Notes: generated by a model from the letters alone, not told the origin. Shown: positions 1 through 13,638, numbered from the stretch's first letter. The stretch is 64,000 nucleotides of DNA from Octopus vulgaris (GCA_951406725.2 OX597838.1:35774001-35838000); one strand, 5' to 3'. Translations and numbers: made by a program.

Positions 1-507
1 CTGTCACAAGATAGAAGCACTTCTGTTTTCATCACCATTGATAGGCGTTCATTGGTAAAAGTCAGGTTCCTTTGTGCCGTCATCAGCATCTTTAGATAAA
101 AAGGTTATTATTAGGGTTGAGGTAAGGCAGGCACAAACTTCGAGGAACACTTTAGGAAGAGAGCAGCAGAGAACAAAATCCTCAATACAAAGCATAAAAT
201 CCGAAGGTATAAAGAATACGTCCTCAGAATATTGTTTTATGGTGTTGAAACTTGGACTATATACTTAATGCTCATAAAAAAATCCGAATTCTTTCCATTT
301 GCAGTGATTCTAGAAGATCTGAAATATGCATGCTTGTGCATGCATGTGCACAAACACACATGGCACACACACACACACATACAGACACACACACACACAC
401 ATCTTAAATGCTGAAACTGCAAATTCCTAGGTCTGGATAACCAATGAGATGAAAACTACTTGGTTGTCCCATTTGTATTCATTTTCCCCTTTTTGTGCTT
501 TTTCTCA

Positions 508-561
<54 letters not shown>

Positions 562-584
562 TATACATATATATATATATATAA

Positions 585-733
585 TCATCATCATCGTTTC
601 GTTTAATGTCCACTTTCCATGCTAGCATAGGTTGGACGATTTGACTGGGGTCTGGCAAACCAGACTCCAATGTGATCTGGCAGAGTTTCTACAGCTGGAT
701 GCCCTTCCTAATGCCAACCACTCCGAGAGTGTA
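585..733 (-). mobile_element. RTE 3' UTR fragment
   Basis: (CAT)n tail then gtttaatgtcc..ttccatgctagcat..gctggatgcccttcctaa. Confidence 0.7.
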
Positions 734-740
734 GGTTTAA

Positions 741-961
741 CTCTATAGTGTTCAGATTACTCTGTTAAATGTAATACTTTTTCACTTAAATTGTTTTGAA
801 TTAATCATGGATTATCTTATAGATTTTGAGGTTTCAATGACGTGATTGTTTATTTTTAGAATGTCAATGTAGGTTAGGTGTGAGAGGCTGGATCTGGCCA
901 GTTTGAATATAAAACATGTAGAATATCTGGGCCAGATATGGCCGATTTAAACACTAAAGGG
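741..961. mobile_element. piggyBac-like MITE
   Basis: TTAA on both sides; ends ctctatagtgtt / aacactaaaggg; partial relatives near 3080, 3800 and 48941. Confidence 0.6.
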
Positions 962-1448
962 TTAAAAATAAAGAAGTACTGGGGTTGATTTGCTTGACTA
1001 AAATTCTTCAAGGCATTTACCCAGCCCAACCACAGCCTAATGATTGAGACAACAAAGTTTTGTTGATATGCATAATATGGCCATCTCTTTTAAGGGATAT
1101 TGTGCATGTGTTTCACTCAGTTGCTAATTGCAACATTATAAAAGACTATTTTAATAGCTGCACTCTATGCAAACTTTTAACCTAGCTCCTGTGGAGTGGG
1201 TAATTGGACCTGCAACCCCAAACTGAAGAGAGCAATAATAATAAAGCATTTATTGGTACCTTACCAATACGGTTTAAATAAAAAAACTTGGAAGTTCACA
1301 AATTTTTGGAGTTCTTTTAAAATTTGAGTTTTCAACTGTTAGCTTATAACAAATCCTTAACCAGACCTGATCCCAATGCTGGATGTTCAAGAACCAAATG
1401 AAGGGCAGGTTTTCAATCCCAGGATCACCTTGATTCCGAAAAGGTGTA

Positions 1449-1656
1449 CAGTAATCCCTCACTATATCGCAGTTTATAATTTAAGCTTACGTTGATTCCT
1501 CCGTGGTGTTGTTTTGCATTTATAATAAAATAAATATATATAAATTATAAAAAATAATAAAAAAAATATTAAGTACAGTACTGTTTCAAATTCATGGATT
1601 TTCACGTATCGTGGGGGTTTTTGGGATGTAACACCCATGTAGTTGAGGGGTTACTG
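1449..1656. mobile_element. Tigger/pogo-like MITE
   Basis: TA-cagtaatccctca ... tgaggggttactg-TA; partial relative at ~21632. Confidence 0.7.
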
Positions 1657-1743
1657 TAATATGTCTATGTAGAGCAAACATAGACTGAGATATAGGAGTC
1701 AGACAGAATTTTGGACAGGCAGAATTTTGTGTTTATTATTATA

Positions 1744-1974
1744 TATTTCTTTACTACCCACAAGGGGCTAAACACAGAGGGGACAAACAAGGACAGACAA
1801 ACAGATTAAGTCGATTATATCGACCCCAGTGCGTAACAGGTACTTAATTTATCGACCCTGAAAGGATGAAAAGCAAAGTCGACCTCGGCGGAATTTGAAC
1901 TCGGAACGTAACAACAGACGAAATACTGCTACGAATTTCGCCCGGTGTGCTAACGTTTCTACCAGCTCACCGCC
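1744..1974 (-). mobile_element. tRNA-derived SINE, family B
   Basis: ggcgg.gagctgg.agaaacgttag head, gagttcaaattc B-box, gtcgacttt..ctttcatcc central domain; 19-bp TSD ttttgtgtttattattata. Confidence 0.88.
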
Positions 1975-2839
1975 TTTTGTGTTTATTATTATAGATGACT
2001 GCATCCTGCATAACACAGATTAATTTCTTTCTCTCATACACTTGTGCTTGTCAGGAATCTGTCGCTTGAGTATTACTTACAAGGTGTCTGTTAACCTGAG
2101 GCTAAAGTAAAAGACATTTGCCCCAAGACACACACCATGCGATACCAAACACCATTGCCATGTTGTTAGGAAGCAAATTTCTTAACCATTCCGCCATGCC
2201 TGCATTAAATGCCACTCTAAATTTATGGTGAAAAAACATCTAAAACACCGCACATAATTTTCTTTTTAATTTTTATTATCATCATCATTATTATTATTAT
2301 TATTATTGTGATAGGGAAAAAAAATCAGAAAAGATAAAAAAAAAAAGAATTCCTAAACCATCACGGGAAAAATGGCAATCAAATTAATTTCTTTTGTGTG
2401 ATTTCATTGGATAACAATTATTAGTACATTGATTTTTTTTTTGTTTTGGTTGTTTTGTTTTTGTTTTTGTATGTGATCTTATTGGATAAAAATTACAAAC
2501 GCCTTAATTTTCTTTTATGCGAGTTTCATTGGATGAAAATTGCAATCGTATTAATTTTTATAATTTGATTTCATTATCACCACCCCTCCCACTCCTCCCA
2601 TTTATTTATTTCGTTTTTTTAAAATTATTTATTTATTTATTTTTTCGTGTTTTTTTTGTTATTTTTGATAATTTTCTGTGTACGCTGAAACCATTGAAAC
2701 TCTAACATCTGAAATGGTTTCACAGTTGTTTGAATATAACTGTTTTGTTGTTCTGGCTATTGTTGTTTAGCCCCAGGTCAGCTCTGGTTGGTTGAACTAT
2801 GATTGTAGACATTTCATCTTTTTAGGTGTGTTGAAAATA

Positions 2840-2942
2840 TTGAGTTGTCCGGAAAGTTTGTGCCGATTTATAGTAGCTTACCTTTCGACTTATTTTAGAA
2901 CATCGTCGAGTCCATAAAATAGGATTTGACTACACCTCCATT
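2840..2942 (+). mobile_element. Solo left end of the same mariner family
   Basis: Near-identical to 3188-3290, preceded by TA. Confidence 0.85.
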
Positions 2943-3187
2943 GTCTAGGTAGGGAGGTATAATTCTATTTGCCTCAATTCCTCATAAAGCCTACTCAGAC
3001 TGTCATGATTTGACAATATAAAGAAAAGGAGTGACTAAAAATAAAAAAAAAAAAATCTAAGAAAACCATCAACATATTCTTAACCCTTTGACATTTAAAC
3101 TGGCCATATCTGACCAAAGTATTCTTCCTGTTTTATGTTCAAACTAGTCTGTCAAACCTACCCTACAATGTTAGTCTAAAAAATATA

Positions 3188-3753
3188 TTGGGTTGTCCGG
3201 AAAGTTTGTGCCGATTTATAGTAGCTTACCTTTCGACTTATTTTAGAACGTGGTCGAGTCCATAAAATGGGATTTGATTACACCTCCATTTAGAGCACAG
3301 GTTGAGCTATCTTTCCGTGGAAGAAGGTTTATGTTCCTATAACCTGTGTTAATTCTGTAACCCTTTAAAATAGAAGATAAGAAAGTTCATTTTCGGCACT
3401 TGATGCTTTGAGATCCAGACAAAAATTGCTGCAGCTCGGCTGGGATGTGTTACCCCACCCTCCATATTCACCAGATATTACTCTTTCGGATTTCCATTTA
3501 TTCAGGTCTCTGCAGAATAGTCTTATTAGTAAAAATTTCAATTCCTTGGATGACATAAAAAAATAGCTTGATGAATTCTTTGCCATGAAACCACCTCAAT
3601 TCTGGGAAGAGGGTATTTTCAAGTTAAAGGAAAGATGGAGATGCATTGTGCAACAAAATGGTTCATACTTGGTTGATTAAAAATGTAATGGCAAGCATTT
3701 ATTGACCTTTTTCTTTCCTTTAAAAATCGGCAGGAACTTTCTGGACAACCCAA
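3188..3753 (+). mobile_element. Internally deleted mariner of a second family
   Basis: TA flanks; TIR ttgggttgtccggaaagtttgtgccgattt / aaatcggcaggaactttctggacaacccaa; residual LGWDVLPHPPYSPDI..DFHLFRSLQ. Confidence 0.88.
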
Positions 3754-3918
3754 TACTTAGGACTACATGTGCTATCCAATGTGGTTTTTCTTTATTGAAT
3801 CCTTTAGCATTTAAACCAGTCTTATCTGGCCAAAATAATCTACCTGTTTTATCTTCTAACTAGATAGATCCAGTCTTTCACACTTAGCCAACAATGTCTT
3901 TCTCAAAATAAACAATCA

Positions 3919-4328
3919 CAGGAGTGGCTGTGTGGTAAGTAGCTTGCTTACCAACCGCATGGTTCTGGGTTCAGTCCCACTGCGTGGCACCTTGGGCAAG
4001 TGTCTTCTACTATAGCCTCAGGCCGACCAAAGCCTTGTGAGTGGATTTGGTAGATGGAAACTGAAAGAAGCCCGTCGTATATATGTATATATATATGTGT
4101 GTGTATGTTTGTGTGTTGTGTTTGTCCCCCCCCCCCCCAACATCGCTTGACAACCGATGCTGGTGTGTTTATGTCTCTGTAACTTAGCGGTTTGGCAAAA
4201 AAGACCGATAGAATAAGTACTAGGCTTACAAAGAAAAAGTCCTGGGGTCGATTTCCTCGACTAAAGGTGGTGCTCCAGCATGGTCACAGTCAAATGACTG
4301 AAACAGGTAAATGAGTAAATGAGTAAAA
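3919..4328 (+). mobile_element. tRNA-derived SINE, family A
   Basis: A-box-like tggctgtgtggt, B-box-like ggttcagtccc, CORE-like ccttgggcaagt, internal (TA/TG)n, gagtaaa tail; about 15 copies in the window. Confidence 0.85.
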
Positions 4329-4337
4329 TGTCATATA

Positions 4338-5616
4338 TGAGGGACGTTCAGTAAGTAATGTCCCTGACCCATTTGTAGTTGTTTGATCTTGCTGAAATTT
4401 TGCACGTGCAATTATCTATATCTCTATAGATTACGTGGCAAATTACAGCTCTAAACTAATTGTGGTTTTTGATTTACAGGTGTTTGAACTGAGTCAAGTG
4501 TGAAATGGAGCCTGTTGAGTGTCGAGCAGTGATCCAGGTTTTGTATTTGAAAGGACGCACACCACGGGAGACTTTTGATGAAATGAAAGTAACTTATGGT
4601 AATGATGCCCATTATATGACCTTGTAAAACGCTGGCATCGTGAATTCAAACATGGTCGGAACTCTGTGGAAACAGCCCCCAGATCTGGTCACCCTCCTTC
4701 TGCCATTGATGAGGCATCTGTCCGTCAAGTTGAGGCTGCCATTTTGGAAGATCGATGCATAACTATTCGCCAAATAGCCCATGAGGTCAAGATTAGTACC
4801 GAGTCTGTGGAAACTATCATTCATGACTATTTGCATATGCAAAGGTGTCTGCCAGATGGATTCCCATGTTACTCACACCTTTCCAGAAGCAAGAACGCGT
4901 CAAGTGCTCGAGGATGAATTTGGAGATGTGCCATGAAGATGAGTCAAAATTTTTCAAAAGACTGATTACACAGGATGAAACCTGTGTCCATCACCATGAT
5001 CCAGAGGTCAAAGCCCAGTCAATGCAGTGGAAACACCGTGACTCACCTCCTCCAAAGAAGGCAAGGGTGCAGCCCTCCACTGGCAAGGTCATGCTCACAG
5101 TCGTCTGGGACCAGGACGGAGTAGTGATGACAGATTTCCTGGCAAAGGGTACCATAATTACATGCTTCACTTTTGAGGAAATTAAGAGAAGCTATCAAAA
5201 TCAAGAGGCGGGGCAAGATCAGCAAAGGCATCCTCCTCCTGCAGGACAACGCTCCGGTCCACAACTCGATGGTCGCCAGATCAGAAGCACAGGCGTGCAG
5301 CTATGAACTCTTCCCCCAAACTCCTACTCTCCTGACCTTGCACCCTCGGATTTTCACCTCTTCCCACCCATGAAGTTGTTTTTGAAAGGAAAGCGTTTCC
5401 CAGATGATGCAGCCTTGATTTCTGAAGTCAGGTCGTGGTTGGAGGACCAAGCTGGGGTCTTCTACAAAAACGGTCTTTAGAGCTGCATCAAACGATGGGA
5501 GAAATGCGTAACTCTGGGTGGTTCCTATGTAAAAGAAGACTAATAACTGTGCCAAGTGTCGTTGCTCTACTGCTATGGGAAGTGGGTCAGGGGCATTACT
5601 TATTGAATGCCCCTCG
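4338..5616 (+). mobile_element. Full-length decayed mariner transposon (1279 bp)
   Basis: TA at both flanks; ~37-bp imperfect TIRs tgagggacgttcagtaagtaatgtccctgaccc / gggtcaggggcattacttattgaatgcccctcg. Confidence 0.93.
4505..5543 (+). pseudogene. Frameshifted mariner transposase
   Basis: Motifs spread over several frames: WIPMLL, ITQDET, LLQDNAPVH, YSPDLAPSDFHLF (mariner DDD triad motifs). Confidence 0.92.
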
Positions 5617-5957
5617 TATTATAGTTGATTTGATTGTTTAGCATCATGTGTAGCGTTTTTACTAGTACTTGTTTACAGGGGTCCTGAAGCAATTTAACAG
5701 GATAACCCATTTCTGCAAGATTCAATCTGGGGTGGGTGGGGGTGGAATGGTAATTGGGTTAAGATAATTGCTTTGAGACCATGTGGTTTTGAGTTCAGTC
5801 CCACTGCTCTGCTCCTTGGACAAATGTCTTCTACAATGGCCTTGGGCCAACTAATGCCTTGAGAGTGAATCTGGTTGACAGAAACTGTATGGAACCCTGT
5901 TGTGTGTATGTATGTGTGTGTGTGTGTGTGTATGTATATATGTATATATATGTATTG

Positions 5958-6295
5958 AAGGCACATGGCTCAGTGGTAGAGCATCAGGCTCACAATCATG
6001 AGGTAGTGAATTCAATTCCCAAACTGGACTGTGTGTTGTGCTCTTGAGCAAGACACTTTATTTCACATTGCTCCAGTTCACTCAGCTGTAGAAACGAGTT
6101 GTGACATCTCTGGTGCCAAGCTGTATCAGCCTTTGTCTTTGCATTGGACAACATTGGTGGCATGGAAAGGGGAGACTGGTATGCATGGGCGACTGCTGGT
6201 CTTCCATAAGCAACCTTGCCTGGACTTGTGCCTTGGAGGAGAATTTTCTAGATACAGTCCCATGGTCATTCATGACCAAAGGGGGTCTTTACCCT
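5958..6295 (+). mobile_element. tRNA-derived SINE, family D
   Basis: tggctcagtggtagagca A-box, aattcaattccc B-box, cttgagcaagacactt core. Confidence 0.65.
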
Positions 6296-6322
6296 TAGTA
6301 AGATATATATATATATATATAT

Positions 6323-6698
6323 ATAGAATGGTTGTATACTGTCAATTTAACGTGACAGTAGGGGATTACACCTGTTTAGCCCTAGGAAGCATCGACGCTT
6401 CCTGATGGCTTCGACGCATTTTTTCTTCCTGTGTCCTTATATATTTACGAAGAGGAGACAAACACCCCCAGCAGCCAGGCTTGCATCTAGAGACACGCAT
6501 GTTTCAGGATCTTTGTCCAGCATCGGGCTAGATCCTGAAACATGCGTGTCTCTAGATGCAGGCCTGGCTGCTGGGGGTATTTGTCTCCCCTTCGTAAATA
6601 TATAAGGACACAGGAAAAAAAAATATGTCGAAGCCATCAGGAAGCAGTGGTGTAATCTCCTACTGTCACGTTAAATTGATAGTATACAACCATTCTAT
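6323..6698. repeat. 376-bp near-perfect fold-back (palindrome), probably Penelope-like
   Basis: atagaatggttgtatact.. pairs with ..agtatacaaccattctat; centre near 6520; abuts (TA)n. Confidence 0.9.
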
Positions 6699-6745
6699 CT
6701 CCCCACCACCGTACATATCTCTATGAGATATTAAAATTTTATATT

Positions 6746-6783
<38 letters not shown>

Positions 6784-7899
6784 CTAATAAAAATAGTATC
6801 TGTATATACTTCATGTGATAGTTGTAAACAAACGTCCCCATCATGTAAGTTGTGTCTTTCATTTCCAGTCTTTCATAAAAACTTGCTGGTCATGGGATAT
6901 ATTACTTGGAAACAGGTGAGGGTTGGTGACAGGAAGAGCATCTGACTGCAAAAAATCCACCTCAGCAAATACTGTCCAACCCATGCAAGCATGGAAAAGT
7001 GGATATTAAACAATGATGATGCCCCTCTGTCTGCCTGTCTCTACATATGTTGTATGTATGCATGTATGTGTTTGTATATATGTATGTATATATTTGTGTG
7101 TGTGTATATATATATATATCTATATATGTATGTATGTGTTTGTATATATGTCTATGTATGTATGTGCGTGTGCTTGTATATATCCTTAAAATCCTTAAAA
7201 ATGTTTTAGCCCGAAGGCCGCGGCCATGCTGGGGCACCACCGCTGAAACATAGACACATACATGTATAGACACATACATACATAGACATATGTCTATGTA
7301 TGTATGTGTGCATGTAATGTTAATGTGTCTATATCTGTATTTGTATGTATGTATGTTTATGTGTACGCATGTATGGTCTCTTCCGCTGAACTGCTAAGTC
7401 ACAGGGAAACAAACAAACCAACACTGGTCATCAAACAGTGCTTATAAGCAGTGGGGACAACAAACACAAAAATGAAGAAGTGCATGCACACAGACATACG
7501 CAAACACATACCAGACCTAAAAAATTGTTCACTGGAGTCAATTTGTTCAACTGAACCCTTCAAGACGGTGCCCCAGCATGGCCACAATACACATTTTAAC
7601 TATGAGACAAATACTGCTTTGCTCTCAGCCTCATCCTAGTCGCTATAAACAGTTTAGCTTACTTTCAAATGTGTCTTGTGTTTTATTTGGAATTACTTGT
7701 CAATTACGAATGTAGAAATATTCCACTATTATGTTCTTTGGCAAATATTTCTACTCTTCATCGAATTAAGTGGAAGAATAAATGAAATTTCAAAGAAATT
7801 GTGTAAAATGCCTCATTTTAGATTTTCAATTCATCTGAATTGGTATTTGATAGAATTTCTTGTTGTGTTATACTTTTGTTTGTTTGTTTTGTTTTGTTT

Positions 7900-7970
7900 G
7901 TATGTATGTATGTATGTATGTATGTATGTATGTGTGTATGTATGTATGTATGTATGTATGTGTGTATGTA

Positions 7971-8001
<31 letters not shown>

Positions 8002-8233
8002 ATGTGTGTGTGTATGTATGTATGTATGTATGTATGTATGTATGTGTGTGTGTATTTATGTATGTATGTATGTATGTGTGTGTGTGTATGTATGAATGTA
8101 TGTATGTATGTGTGTGTGTGTGTATTTATGTATGTATGTATGTGTGTGTGTGTATGTATGAATGTATGTGTGTGTGTATGTATGTGTGTGTGTATTTATA
8201 TATGTATGTATGTAAGTGTGTGTGTGTGTTTGT

Positions 8234-8277
<44 letters not shown>

Positions 8278-8310
8278 TTATGTATATATGTGTGTGTGTG
8301 TGTTTATGTA
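7900..8310. repeat. (GTAT)n/(GT)n compound microsatellite
   Basis: Seen directly; (GT/GC)n tract also at 46715-46995. Confidence 0.95.
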
Positions 8311-8440
8311 TCTGAATGTATGTGTGACTGGATGTGTGTTGATGTACATGTATGTATCTATATGAACATGTGTCCATATGTTCTTGTTTGTGTATTAGCG
8401 CAACTGTATATATCTATGCACATGTGTGCATAAAGGTATA

Positions 8441-9060
8441 TCATATATATATGATATACCATATATATATGATATACCATATATATATATGATATACCAT
8501 ATATATGATATACCATATATATATGATATACCTTATATATATATGATATACCATATATATATGATATACTATATATATATGATATACCTTACATATATAT
8601 GATATACCATATATATATGATATACCATATATATGATATACCATATATATGATATACCATATATATATGATATACCATATATATATGATATACCATATAT
8701 ATACGATATACCATATATATATATGATATACCATATATATATATATGATATACCATTCAAATTGCAGCTGGATAGATACTTAAGCACCATTAGAGATGAA
8801 CCCCATCTCCCAGGGTATACACAACGAGCACAAACTGACTCAAACTCGCTCCTACACATGTCAAAATTAAACAGAGAATACAACCTGGCAACCACACCAG
8901 ACTCTGAGGGTGGAGTCTTCGACTTGGCCTGAGCATGGACTCAAACTCAAATGAAATGAAATGAAATACCATATATATGTATGATATACCATATATATAT
9001 ATGATATACCATATATATATATGATATACCATATATATATATGATATACCATATATATAT
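8441..9060. repeat. (ATAT..GATATACC)n minisatellite interrupted by a LINE fragment
   Basis: Over 20 units of 14-22 bp. Confidence 0.9.
8753..8966 (+). mobile_element. 5'-truncated LINE (CR1/Jockey-group-like C-terminus) inside a minisatellite
   Basis: FKLQLDRYLSTIRDEPHLPGY..SNSLL; (AAATG)n tail. Confidence 0.7.
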
Positions 9061-9285
9061 AGAGAGATAGTGTTTGACAGTTTGACAGGAGCTGACCAGT
9101 AGGGGAGCTGTCCAGGGTCTACTTGTCTGTTTTTTTGCGTGAGTACTTTGACGTGGCACCAGCACATGTGCTTTTGTGTGGCACCAGCATGGGTGCTTCA
9201 ACGTGGCACTAGCATGAGTGCAGTTTATATGACACCAGCTTGTGCAAGCTCTCTCAGCTGAGAGAGGGATGTAGAGCACATACCT

Positions 9286-9513
9286 ATTTCTTTACTACCC
9301 ACAAGGGGCTAAACACAGAGTGGACAAACAAGGACAGACAAACGGATTAAGTTGATTACATTGACCCCAGTGTGTAACTGGTACTTATTTAATCGACCCC
9401 AAAAGGATGAAAGGCAAAGTCGACCTCGGCGGAATTTGAACTCGGAATGTAGTGGCAGACGAAATACCGCGAAGCACTTCGCCCGACGTGCTAACGATTC
9501 TGCCAGTTCTGCC
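9286..9513 (-). mobile_element. SINE family B
   Basis: Flanking direct repeat atgtagagcacatacct. Confidence 0.88.
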
Positions 9514-9571
9514 AGGTATGTAGAGCACATACCTGTATGTATGAATGACCACAGTGTTCACTTACCTTGAT

Positions 9572-9860
9572 GTGTCTTCTCAGGCACAGCAAACTGCCAG
9601 AAGTCTCGGTGCCTTTTCATCTCTATGAGACTTCACATGTCTGAAGATTCTTTCTTAATTATTTTGTCCCACATTTCTGGGTGTACGCCTTCCACAGGTA
9701 CTCTCCACAATTAGAGATTGGCACTTCTTTGTGCAGCTGCTGTCCTCATCGATGTGCATCGCACGACCATACCAGTGCAATCTTCTCTCTTGCACCCTTC
9801 AACTGACGCCTCTTATACCTGCATTTTCTCTCAAATCATTTACACACTGTCGAACTTAGT
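9572..9860 (-). mobile_element. Degenerate RTE ORF C-terminal fragment
   Basis: Similar to 54660-54810 (gcacagcaaa..ccacag..tagaga..gcac). Confidence 0.5.
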
Positions 9861-9924
9861 CACAGAGGCAATCATAAATTCATATAGACGCACATGTCTA
9901 AGTATATATCTAAATATATGTTTG

Positions 9925-9967
9925 TGTGTGTGTATATATATATATGTATATATATATATATTATATA

Positions 9968-10015
<48 letters not shown>

Positions 10016-10031
10016 ATATATTATATATATA

Positions 10032-10129
<98 letters not shown>

Positions 10130-10368
10130 CTATATATTATATATATATATATATATATTATATATGTATATATATATATTATATATATGTATATATATAT
10201 ATTATATATGTATATATATATATTATATATGTATATATATATTATATATGTATATATATATTATATATGTATATATATATTATATATGTATATATATATT
10301 ATATATGTATATATATATTATATATGTATATATATATATTATATATGTATATATATATATTATATATG

Positions 10369-10439
<71 letters not shown>

Positions 10440-10770
10440 GCATATATATATATATATATGCATATATATATTATATATATGCATATATATATTATATATA
10501 TGCATATATATATTATATATATGCATATATATATTATATATATGTATATATATATTATATATATGCATATATTTATTATATATATGCATATATATATTAT
10601 ATATATGTATATATATATATATGTATATATATGTGTGTGTATATATATATGTTTTTATATGTGTGTGTGTGTATATATGTATATATATGTATGTGCATAT
10701 ATGTACGTGTATGTATATATGTATATATGTACATGTGTATTTATATATGTATTCATATGTGTATATATGC
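9925..10770. repeat. (TA)n-derived compound microsatellite
   Basis: Seen directly; similar tracts at 27180-27610, 45390-46065, 56430-56715 and 63100-63515. Confidence 0.95.
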
Positions 10771-11107
10771 ACACGCGAGGACATGCATACGTATTTATAT
10801 ACTCTCAGACAGGTAATTCATAACTTCATATCAACATACGCATATGCACACGCATGTTACAGCTGTTCTGCATTAATTTGGAATGTATTTGTCGAGATGT
10901 ATGATATTGATATCTTCATTTCAATCTCTGTGATGTCGTCATTCTGTTTTGTGTGTTTTTCTTTCGGGTTTTTGTGTGTGTTCTTCTCGGTGTTTTTAAT
11001 TTTAGCATTGCTACTTTGAAGCTGTTTATACGTGATAATGAGACAAAGAACAACAACAATAAGTTTATCTAGCTTTTATTTGGATTAAAACATCCGTTAT
11101 TCTTTTT

Positions 11108-11117
11108 CTGACGTCAG
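11108..11117. promoter_or_regulatory. Palindromic CRE (TGACGTCA) in a non-repetitive island
   Basis: CTGACGTCAG seen directly, ~4.5 kb upstream of the coding exon; function not shown. Confidence 0.25.
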
Positions 11118-12671
11118 TTCTTGAGAAGAGAGAGTTTTGGTACTTCTCCGAGGAGGACAAATTAACACGGTTGGGGTTGGGGGTGGGGGTGGGGGGACAG
11201 AACGAAAACAAAAACCACCGAAGGAAAAAAAAAGCAAGGAAAAAATAAAAACGCGAAATGAAATAAAATATAAACGAATATAAATAAATGAGGAGAAAAA
11301 ATAAAAGCGAAATTATGTTATCAACAGAAATGATTACAACTTCTCTGGGGTTTAATAGAAGTAAAAAATAATTCATTACTTTTATAAAGCCGCTTATATT
11401 TTAATATTGAGGTGTACTTTTGTTTGTTTTTATTTTTCTGTGATGATTCTGGTTTCAACAAGAGTCTCCTGTTACTCATTCATTATCTTCTATCTTTTAC
11501 TCACTTTAAGTCATTAGGCTGTGGCCATGCTGGGGCACCGCCTTGAAAAAAGGTTTTAGTTGAATAAATTGACTTCATTACTTATTTTCATGTCAAGTTG
11601 GAGGCCCATAAATATCAACGCCACTTGTCAAGCAGTGGTGGGATGGTAACACAAATGATTTGTGAAGAGCTAATTTCGTGTTGTTATTTATCATTGGCAC
11701 CAAACTTGTGATTCCAAACCACAAAACGCTTTTGCTGCCCTCTGAATTTCCATTTCCCTTTGATATGATTAAATATTGTAAGTTTTTGGATAATTTTCGG
11801 TTTTTAAAAGTTGGCATATTTTTATTGCTGGCGAAGGACTGCGTCTGTGCAGCAGATTTTGAAAAAATTAGGATGTATAGGTAATCATTCATCAAACACC
11901 ATTTGTCAGCTGTCAGTCCCTGTTCACCAATCCTTGTTCAATCATCACTCATTAATAATTATCATCAGTCACCAATCAACTTTAATTCTCGCACCATCAG
12001 AAATCCCTCATCAGTCACCGATTGCCAATTACCAGCCACTGGTTATCAATCATCAGTCACTAATCACCATACATTTGTAATCTGTTTCCAATATATGTAA
12101 ATAGCAATGTTGCTTATCTCTCCTGATGCGTTTTATACACGGAGCCTTCAGTTGCCAACAGACTGCTTAGTTTATTTGATTTTAATCACATTTGAAATAT
12201 ACTTGCCATCATTTATCATCATCATCAACATCACAATCATCATCATTTTCATGGTTACCATCATTTCTGTCATCATCATCATAATCATATATATGTGTAT
12301 ATACATATGTGTGTCTGTTTGTATATGCTTAATTGTGTGTGTGTGTGTGCATATATATGTACATATGTGTGTATGTATGTATACATGTGTATATAAATAC
12401 ATACATATGCACATGTATACATATGTATGTGTATATAAATATAAATATATATACACACAAATACATGGCAGATGCCCTGTAGTTTACATCTACTAAATTT
12501 TCTCACAAGTCTTTGATTTGCATGTAGCTATTGTAGCAAACACTCACCCAAGGTGTCATGCAGTGGGACTGAACTAGAAGCTATGTGGTTGCAAAGCAGA
12601 TTTCTTAAGGGCACAAAAATGCTTGCACACCCAAGTATACATATACCTACATATTCATGCATACATTTGTA

Positions 12672-12707
<36 letters not shown>

Positions 12708-12710
<3 letters not shown>

Positions 12711-12926
12711 CTCTTTTACTTGTTTCAGTCATTTGTCAGTGGCCATGCCGGAGCACCGCCTTTAGTCGAGCAAATCGACCCCAGGACTTATTCTCTGTAA
12801 GCCCAGTACTTATTCTATTGGTCTCGTTTGCTGAACCGTTAAGTTACGGGTACAACATACCAGCATCGGTTGTCAAGCGATGTTGGGGGGGGGACAAGCA
12901 CAGACAGACACACACACACACACACA

Positions 12927-12962
<36 letters not shown>

Positions 12963-13122
12963 GACAGGCTTCTTTCAGTTTCCGTTTACTAAATCCACTC
13001 ACAAAGCTTTGGTCGGCCCGAAGCTATAGTAGAAGACACTTGCCCAAGGTGCCACGCAGTGGGACTGAACCCAGAACCATGTGGTTGGTAAGCAAGATAC
13101 TTACCACACAGCCACTCCTGTG

Positions 13123-13126
<4 letters not shown>
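12708..13126 (-). mobile_element. SINE family A
   Basis: Full-length reverse copy. Confidence 0.85.
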
Positions 13127-13191
<65 letters not shown>

Positions 13192-13230
13192 ATTTGCATA
13201 TGTATGTTTGTATGTATGCATATGTATATA

Positions 13231-13285
<55 letters not shown>

Positions 13286-13638
13286 ATTGATGGATGGACG
13301 GACGGACGGACACACATACACACACATGTTTCTACACATATAATTTGCTATGTGACTGCATTACAAATTAAGACTTCAGCATGCCTGCCATTCCATCTTC
13401 CTAAATTAGACATCTATAAATTGTGGTTCCTGCAATTTTAAGCTGTTCTATTTTTGATCTCTGCCAGATAATTCACATCTTCTCGGCAGATGATAGATAT
13501 TTAGTAGTTGAAGTCGGATCAGTTAGGCCCTTGGCTCTTTTCTTTCTTCGCTTACCAAGCAGCAGAAACTTGATTCAGCTCTTACTTATAAGCCTGTTGG
13601 GGGGCTTCTAAGTATGTAAATGTTATTTACATTTTATA

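Noticed and set aside
223-310. FYGVETWTI coding-like motif
   Set aside because: Resembles the RTE YGxETWT motif; a short decayed LINE remnant, not a host exon
4666-5373. Functional or domesticated transposase (SETMAR-like)
   Set aside because: Multiple frameshifts, TIRs still present and no SET domain
6405-6637. Mirror-image 66-aa ORFs on both strands
   Set aside because: A consequence of the DNA palindrome; no recognisable protein motif
9718-11019. 433-aa ORF and similar long Y/I/C/V/H/T-rich ORFs (7.7-8.4, 23.6-24.3, 45.2-46.2, 56.3-56.9 and 63.0-63.6 kb)
   Set aside because: Translations of (TA)n/(TG)n microsatellites that lack stop codons by composition
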